From contig JBFWVI010000011.1 in the NCBI GenBank assembly GCA_050246815.1, forward strand, positions 1,782 through 65,297: 63,516 nt of DNA. The letters run 5' to 3'. This DNA comes from Bdellovibrionales bacterium. Lineage in GTDB: Bacteria; Bdellovibrionota; Bdellovibrionia; Bdellovibrionales; UBA1609. Below are positions 57,990 through 63,516 of this stretch, piece after piece (within the stretch, counting starts at the first letter, position 1; the number at the start of each line of letters is the position of its first letter). The notes under the pieces were generated by a model. That model did no database searches, was not told the DNA's origin, and saw only the letters and a program-made list of their open reading frames with translations. A program made the position numbers and the translations under genes.

Positions 57990-58634
57990 TTGTCACTGAC
58001 TCCAGTGCGACTGAAACGACGATCCGATCTGCATTTGGCTCGCAAGACCTGGCATGTCCTGGGTGTTTTGGCCATGGTGGTGGCCCATCATCTGATGACC
58101 ACCGATCAGGCTTTGCGCGCCATTGCGATGGCCTCTTTTATCTTTGTCGCCGTGGATGTGCTTCGCCACCAATGGGAGCCCTTAAATCAATTCACCTTGC
58201 GTTTGATGGGCCCCTTTATGCGCGAACACGAACGATACAACTTGGCCGGCACCACTTATTTGGTGCTCGGTACATTTTTGATCATCTGGTGGTTCCCGCG
58301 CGACATTGTCACCTTAACCCTTTTGTTCTTGGCCGTGGCCGACCCCCTGGCCAGCTTGATTGGCATCTTGTACGGAAAAGACAAATTGGTCGGCGCCAAA
58401 AGCCTTCAGGGCACTCTGGCCGCCTTTGTCGCCTGCACCCTGATTGCTTTCTTTTATCTGGTCACCCGCGATTTGATGACCGAGAGGATTTTAATGGTTA
58501 GTTTATTGGCGGGTCTTAGCGGTGCACTCAGCGAATTGCTGCCCGTTGGCCGTCTCGACGACAATTTCACCTTTCCCCTGGTCAGCGCCTGTTCGCTCTG
58601 GCTGATCTTCACTATGTTCGGGGGTCTACTGTGA
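57990..58634 (+). CDS. Polyprenol/diacylglycerol kinase family (CTP-dependent) membrane protein
   Basis: RKTWH, LAVADPLASLIG, KSLQGT, DDNFTFP; start 57969-57990. Confidence 0.85.
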   Translation: MSLTPVRLKRRSDLHLARKTWHVLGVLAMVVAHHLMTTDQALRAIAMASFIFVAVDVLRHQWEPLNQFTLRLMGPFMREHERYNLAGTTYLVLGTFLIIWWFPRDIVTLTLLFLAVADPLASLIGILYGKDKLVGAKSLQGTLAAFVACTLIAFFYLVTRDLMTERILMVSLLAGLSGALSELLPVGRLDDNFTFPLVSACSLWLIFTMFGGLL

Positions 58635-59470
58635 TCGAAGAGCGCTTCACCCATCGCTTGAAAGATCGCTCGATCCGCATCCGTCGCCGCATGGGTGTGC
58701 ACATCTATGTGCTGCCGAACTTGCTGACCACGGGCAATATGTTCTCTGGGTTCTTCGCGGTCGTGCAATCGATCAACGGCAATTTTCTTTGGGCCGCTTA
58801 CGCCATCGTGGCCGCGGCCGTGTTTGATCTGCTCGACGGCCGAGTCGCGCGCATGACCAACTCCACCAGCAAATTTGGTATGGAGTATGACTCGCTTTCA
58901 GATTTGATCAGCTTCGGCATGGCACCCGGCCTGCTGTTGTTCTTGTGGGCGCTTGAACCCTTCGGCCGTGTCGGCTGGCTGGCCAGTTTTTTTTACGTCG
59001 CCTGCACCGCCCTTCGCTTGGCTCGCTTTAACGTGCAAAGCGGTGTGATTGAAAAGGCCTACTTTCAGGGCCTGCCCAGTCCGATGGCGGCCGGTATCGT
59101 GGCCAGCTCGGTGTTGGCCTTTAGTGATCTGGCATTGGATGGCTCGCGTTCGTGGGCGCTTTTGGCCATGACCTTTTTACTGGGTTTCGTGATGGTTTCA
59201 AACTTCCGTTACCGCAGCTTCAAAGACTTAGACTTGCGTCACCGTCTGCCGTTCCGTTATTTGGTGGCGGGAGTGTTCCTTTTCGCCGTGATCGCCATTC
59301 GTCCTGAAGTTATGTTGTTTGTTTTGTTCCTGACTTATGCGATCTTGGGCGCGGTCTTTGGCATTTTACGCCTTGGACGCTCAAGCAAGCCGCCGCAAGC
59401 GATTATCCTTGAAGGTGGCGATGATTTGCATGAAGAAGTCGAGGATGAACAGCGTGGACAGGACTCTTAA
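58631..59470 (+). CDS. pssA: CDP-diacylglycerol--serine O-phosphatidyltransferase
   Basis: LPNLLTT, FDLLDGRVAR, DSLSDLISFG, RLARFN, FQGLPSP. Confidence 0.93.
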   Translation: MIEERFTHRLKDRSIRIRRRMGVHIYVLPNLLTTGNMFSGFFAVVQSINGNFLWAAYAIVAAAVFDLLDGRVARMTNSTSKFGMEYDSLSDLISFGMAPGLLLFLWALEPFGRVGWLASFFYVACTALRLARFNVQSGVIEKAYFQGLPSPMAAGIVASSVLAFSDLALDGSRSWALLAMTFLLGFVMVSNFRYRSFKDLDLRHRLPFRYLVAGVFLFAVIAIRPEVMLFVLFLTYAILGAVFGILRLGRSSKPPQAIILEGGDDLHEEVEDEQRGQDS

Positions 59471-60491
59471 CGTCGGCGTCGTCGGTGCAACGGGCATGGT
59501 GGGCGAAGAATTTCTTCGCCTTATGGAACAAAGAAAATTTCCCGTCAAAGAATTGAAGCTCTTCGCCAGTGAACAAAGCCGTGGCCAGCGCCGCAAAGCT
59601 CTGGGGCGTGATTGGGATGTGCAACCCCTGACAAAAGATTGTTTCGCAGGTCTTGATTTGGTCTTTTTCTCGTCCGGCGACGACATTTCGAAAGAGTGGG
59701 CGCCCCAAGCCGTGGCCGCAGGCGCCTTCGCCATCGACAACTCCGCCGCCTTTCGCATGGATGAACACTCGCCCTTGATCGTGCCTGAGGTGAATGCGCA
59801 TGTTTTGCCTCCACGCGAACTGCCCACGATCATCGCCAATCCCAACTGCTCGACCATTCAATTGGTCTTGGCCCTGAAACCTTTAAGCGATCACTTTGGC
59901 TTGAATCAAGTGCGGGTGGCCACTTACCAGGCGGTCAGCGGCGCTGGTCGCGCGGCCATGCAAGAAATGATCAACCAAACCGAGCAGGGCTTAAAAAACC
60001 TTGGGCCCAATTTTGCTTTGTCGACTTCGGACCTGCCGAAAGCTCAGAATCTGCCTCATCCAATCGCTTTCAATTGCATTCCGCAAGTGGGCGGCTTCGG
60101 CGATGACGGCTTCTGCTCGGAAGAACGCAAAATCCGCCTTGAATCGCGCAAGATTTTGGATCTGCCCCATTTACGAATCTCCGCATGGACGGTTCGCATT
60201 CCGGCGCTGAATGTTCACTCCGAGGCTGCCTGGATCACCTTGGACAAAGTGGTCACTCGCGCGGAGCTTCTAAAAGCGCTCACCAGCCAAGCAGGTTTAG
60301 TCGTGGAAGAAAAAATGAATGATCCCTACCCGTTGGCTTTGAATGTCTCGGGGCTAGATCCGGTTTATGTGGGGCGCATTCATCAAGATCCCGACGACCC
60401 ACGCACTTGGATGATGTGGATCGTCGGCGACAATTTGCGAAAAGGCGCCGCTTTGAACGGCATTCAAATCGCAGAACGACTCTTCAACTGA
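59445..60491 (+). CDS. asd: Aspartate-semialdehyde dehydrogenase
   Basis: VVGATGMVG, IANPNCSTIQ, YQAVSGAG, DNLRKGAALN. Confidence 0.96.
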   Translation: MNSVDRTLNVGVVGATGMVGEEFLRLMEQRKFPVKELKLFASEQSRGQRRKALGRDWDVQPLTKDCFAGLDLVFFSSGDDISKEWAPQAVAAGAFAIDNSAAFRMDEHSPLIVPEVNAHVLPPRELPTIIANPNCSTIQLVLALKPLSDHFGLNQVRVATYQAVSGAGRAAMQEMINQTEQGLKNLGPNFALSTSDLPKAQNLPHPIAFNCIPQVGGFGDDGFCSEERKIRLESRKILDLPHLRISAWTVRIPALNVHSEAAWITLDKVVTRAELLKALTSQAGLVVEEKMNDPYPLALNVSGLDPVYVGRIHQDPDDPRTWMMWIVGDNLRKGAALNGIQIAERLFN

Positions 60492-60582
60492 AGCCTCAGC
60501 GGGCAAATTAAAAAAAGTTCTGCTTTCGCGCGCAAGGCGTTAACGATTGGTCTTTACCCATGGGACGTCATAATCAACAGCC

Positions 60583-62259
60583 ATGGGTTTATCGACGGTT
60601 GTGTTTGGATTTATTGCGCTGATCTCCTTGGCCTATGTGGCATATAGTCGCTGGATCGCACGGCTTTTAGCTCTCAATGACAAAAGTGTCACGCCCGCAC
60701 ACCGCCACAATGACGGCGAAGATTTTGTGCCTACGAAAAGCTTTTATCTGTTTAGCCAACACTTTTCCGCCATCGCCGCCGCCGGCCCCATTGCCGGCCC
60801 CATCGCCGCTTGCATGATGTTTGGCTGGCTGCCTTGTCTGATTTGGATCGCTCTTGGTGTTGTCTTGATCGGTGCCGTCCACGATTTCATGAGCCTTGCG
60901 GCCAGTGTTCGCCATGGCGCGTGCTCGATCGCCGAAATCGCCCGGCAAAGAATCTCTGCACCCACGGGTCGCGCGATGCTCGCCTTTATTTGGTTGGCTT
61001 TGATTTACGTGATCGTGGCCTTTGCCGACATCACTGCGGGGTCATTTGTTTCGGCCACTGAAGAACTTCAGAGCGCCGAAGTGGCTTTCAATGCCGGCGG
61101 CGCAGTGGCCGCCGCCAGCATTTTCTATTTGACGTTGGCACTGGCTTTAGGATTGGTGCAGAAATTTTTAAAACCCCCACTTTGGTTGCTGACCATCATT
61201 TTTGTGCCCGCGACATTTTTTGTGGTGTGGGCCGGCACTTGGGTTTCGCACTTGTTCATTCTTGACGCGAAAAGTTGGGCTCTGCTGATCTGCGCCTATT
61301 GTTTTATCGCCGCCCTATGCCCGGTTTGGCTGCTGCTTCAGCCGCGCGGTTATTTGGGCGGCTTTGTGCTTTATAGCGCCCTGGCCATTGGAATCATCGG
61401 TGTTCTTTTTGGTGGTTACACCATTCAACAGCCGGCGTTCACCAGCCTCGACATCGGGGGCATGACAGGGCAGATGTTTCCATTTTTATTCGTGACCATC
61501 GCTTGTGGCGCGTGCTCGGGCTTTCATGGCCTGGTCTGCTGTGGCACCACCTCAAAACAAATCGACAAAGAAAGTGACATGCGCCCGATCGGCTATGGCG
61601 CCATGTTGGCCGAAGGCCTGGTTGCGGTCTTAGCCCTGGCCGTGGTCATGATGATGACACCCGAGCAAACCAAAGGATTAAAGCCAGGCACTATTTACGG
61701 TAACGGCTTGGGCGAATTTTTAACTTTGCTGATCGGCAAAGAAAACCGCACTTTTGCAATCACATTTGGTGCTATGGCCTTTTCAACTTTTGTCTTCGAC
61801 ACCATCGATGTCTCGGCACGCCTTGGAAGATATTTACTACAAGAGCTGTTCAACTGGCGTTCGCGTGCAGGCGCGATTTTGACCACGGCTTTCACGGCGG
61901 CGATTCCAGCTTTGGTTTTGTTTTTGGCCAAAGAAGGCTCCTGGGGCAAGTTTTGGACTTTGTTCGGGGCTTCGAATCAGCTGCTGGCGGCTTTGACTTT
62001 GCTTTCGATCAGCGTCTGGCTAAAGCAAAGTGGCAAGCGTTTGGCGTTCACTTTGCTGCCCATGATGTTTGTGCTGGTGATCACAGTCTGGGCTTTGGCG
62101 CGTTTGGTTTTGGACAACTGGAATCAAGCGCACGGATTCGATGCGCCCCTGATCAACAGCATGCTGTCATTGTCGCTGCTGATCTTGGCGTTTTACATCA
62201 CAGGCAGTGGCATTAAAGTTTTGTTGCTACCGGCGAATCAAAAAATGGCCCGTCCATAA
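60583..62259 (+). CDS. cstA: Carbon starvation CstA-family peptide/pyruvate transporter
   Basis: HFSAIAAAGPIAGP, TIACGACSGFH, IGYGAMLAEG, FGASNQLLA. Confidence 0.93.
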   Translation: MGLSTVVFGFIALISLAYVAYSRWIARLLALNDKSVTPAHRHNDGEDFVPTKSFYLFSQHFSAIAAAGPIAGPIAACMMFGWLPCLIWIALGVVLIGAVHDFMSLAASVRHGACSIAEIARQRISAPTGRAMLAFIWLALIYVIVAFADITAGSFVSATEELQSAEVAFNAGGAVAAASIFYLTLALALGLVQKFLKPPLWLLTIIFVPATFFVVWAGTWVSHLFILDAKSWALLICAYCFIAALCPVWLLLQPRGYLGGFVLYSALAIGIIGVLFGGYTIQQPAFTSLDIGGMTGQMFPFLFVTIACGACSGFHGLVCCGTTSKQIDKESDMRPIGYGAMLAEGLVAVLALAVVMMMTPEQTKGLKPGTIYGNGLGEFLTLLIGKENRTFAITFGAMAFSTFVFDTIDVSARLGRYLLQELFNWRSRAGAILTTAFTAAIPALVLFLAKEGSWGKFWTLFGASNQLLAALTLLSISVWLKQSGKRLAFTLLPMMFVLVITVWALARLVLDNWNQAHGFDAPLINSMLSLSLLILAFYITGSGIKVLLLPANQKMARP

Positions 62260-62331
62260 TGGGAAAACTTGAAACCAAAAGAGCCGAACAAACGCAAAAT
62301 CCGACTTGCGCTTGGTATTTTGAGACTCCGC

Positions 62332-63090
62332 CTACAAGCAGTTTAGATTTTTCAAATGAGAGAGGGTAGCTCGACCATCACTTAAGGCTTCTGCGGCAGC
62401 CCCATCCACTTTTAATTTTACAGATGGCGTGCTCAAAACCAGCTTCAGCGCGGCTTTGTCACCAGCCAGCGCCGAGGCCACCAACTTACCAATGGTGACG
62501 TCATAATATTCTCCCTCTTCAACCTGGGCCTTGCCGGCAATGATGTTTTGCACTTTTTTGATCGCAGTATGATCCACTTCGCCAGACCGCTTGCGATCAC
62601 GGCAAATTTCTTTTTGTAAATTGCATGTCTTGCTGTCACAGACGATTGCAATTTCAGTGGCGATGACGTCCTGATTTGACCTGGGACGGCCCGATGAGTT
62701 GATCCTACGGCTGAGCACAATAGATTGGTCACTAATCTTTTCTGTCGCAAAGTAATAAAATGCACTCGGTAATTCACTCGTCACTTCTGCGAGGTAAGGC
62801 TGCAACTGGCCCTCACGATTCCAATAGATGTTGAACCACCCCGAAAGGCCTTGGGCTGTCTTACTCTCGGAGTTGCCACAAGCGACCAGTTCGACTCCGT
62901 TGGCCATCTTCCACTTAGCTAGTGCAGGTGATGCCTCCCAAGCCGTTCCCACACAGTCGCTTGTCACATTTGATCTCTCAGCTGCTCCCTCGACTGCGGG
63001 AGGTTGGCCCGTTGTTGATCTCGTAAGAAAATCACACCCGACAAAAGTTAACAAAACCGTCAAAATCCAAAATCGTCTAACGACTCTCAT
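62332..63090 (-). CDS. Putative lipoprotein, hypothetical
   Basis: Lipobox FVGC; AGGGG RBS. Confidence 0.7.
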   Translation of the reverse strand: MRVVRRFWILTVLLTFVGCDFLTRSTTGQPPAVEGAAERSNVTSDCVGTAWEASPALAKWKMANGVELVACGNSESKTAQGLSGWFNIYWNREGQLQPYLAEVTSELPSAFYYFATEKISDQSIVLSRRINSSGRPRSNQDVIATEIAIVCDSKTCNLQKEICRDRKRSGEVDHTAIKKVQNIIAGKAQVEEGEYYDVTIGKLVASALAGDKAALKLVLSTPSVKLKVDGAAAEALSDGRATLSHLKNLNCL

Positions 63091-63136
63091 GTATATCAAC
63101 CCCTACAAAATCACTTATGACGCGCCGCTAAACCAA

Positions 63137-63153
63137 AAGGTGCCAGGCACCTT
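63137..63153. repeat. Palindrome AAGGTGCC-A-GGCACCTT
   Basis: Perfect 8-bp arms around a single base, abutting the icd stop codon. Confidence 0.75.
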
Positions 63154-63516
63154 AGCGCCAGGTTTCTTTTAAGTTGCGGTCAAGGGCGTCTAGAAAGTCT
63201 TCGGTGTAAAGGTATTGGCCCTCTTTGACATCGTTGCCGAAGGCCAATACGGCCAAATCTTTGGTCATCTTGCCAGACTCGACCGTGGCGACGCAGACTT
63301 TTTCTAAGGCCTCGCTGAACTTGATCAACTCTTGATTGCCATCAAGCTTGCCACGAAAAGCAAGGCCACGGGTCCAAGCGAAGATCGATGCGATCGGATT
63401 GGTCGAAGTCTTTTTGCCTTGTTGGTGCATTCGATAGTGACGAGTCACGGTGCCATGGGCGGCTTCGGCCTCCATGGTTTTGCCGTCGGGAGTGATCAAC
63501 ACCGAGGTCATAAGGC
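63152..63516 (-). CDS. icd: NADP-dependent isocitrate dehydrogenase, 3' part
   Basis: [31 protein letters not shown]; runs off the window end. Confidence 0.95.
   Translation of the reverse strand, partial: LMTSVLITPDGKTMEAEAAHGTVTRHYRMHQQGKKTSTNPIASIFAWTRGLAFRGKLDGNQELIKFSEALEKVCVATVESGKMTKDLAVLAFGNDVKEGQYLYTEDFLDALDRNLKETWR

Noticed and set aside
1..63516. CRISPR arrays, tRNA/rRNA genes, transposases, integrases, prophage or known defence systems
   Set aside because: No regularly spaced direct repeats, cloverleaf or T-loop signatures, or mobile/defence protein motifs were seen by eye

Overview
This is a gene-dense bacterial chromosomal segment. It is inferred to come from a predatory Bdellovibrionota (Bdellovibrio-like) organism, based on the yggS-proC...divIVA arrangement, a TadC/DUF192/FHA-TPR cluster, a long-form PhhA, a cN-II nucleotidase and many secreted ORFans. 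Housekeeping content: hldD, phhA, trmJ-like, ribD, hmgA, hppD, a leucine-catabolism (liu-type) operon, maf, yggS, proC, divIVA, a TolQ/TolR-type pair, lipA/lipB/E2/E3, sfsA, dsbA, pssA, asd, cstA and a partial icd. I saw no rRNA, tRNA, CRISPR array or transposase. The best candidate for an undescribed system is a six-gene minus-strand signalling operon (5093-12702). It joins a partner-switching module (membrane PP2C, RsbW-like kinase, STAS protein) to a CheW-less PAS-CheA, a CheY and a receiver-J-domain-TPR output protein. It sits back-to-back with a large FecR/8xFN3 protein, and both sides have sigma28 (FliA)-like promoters. Other highlights are a Tad/Kil-like FHA cluster ending in a pseudo-phosphatase, three sigma54-type promoters that each precede secreted ORFans, and two secreted ORFans with recognisable catalytic motifs (TIKI/EreA/ChaN-like; clan CD His-Cys). 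All calls come from reading motifs by eye; no database searches were run.
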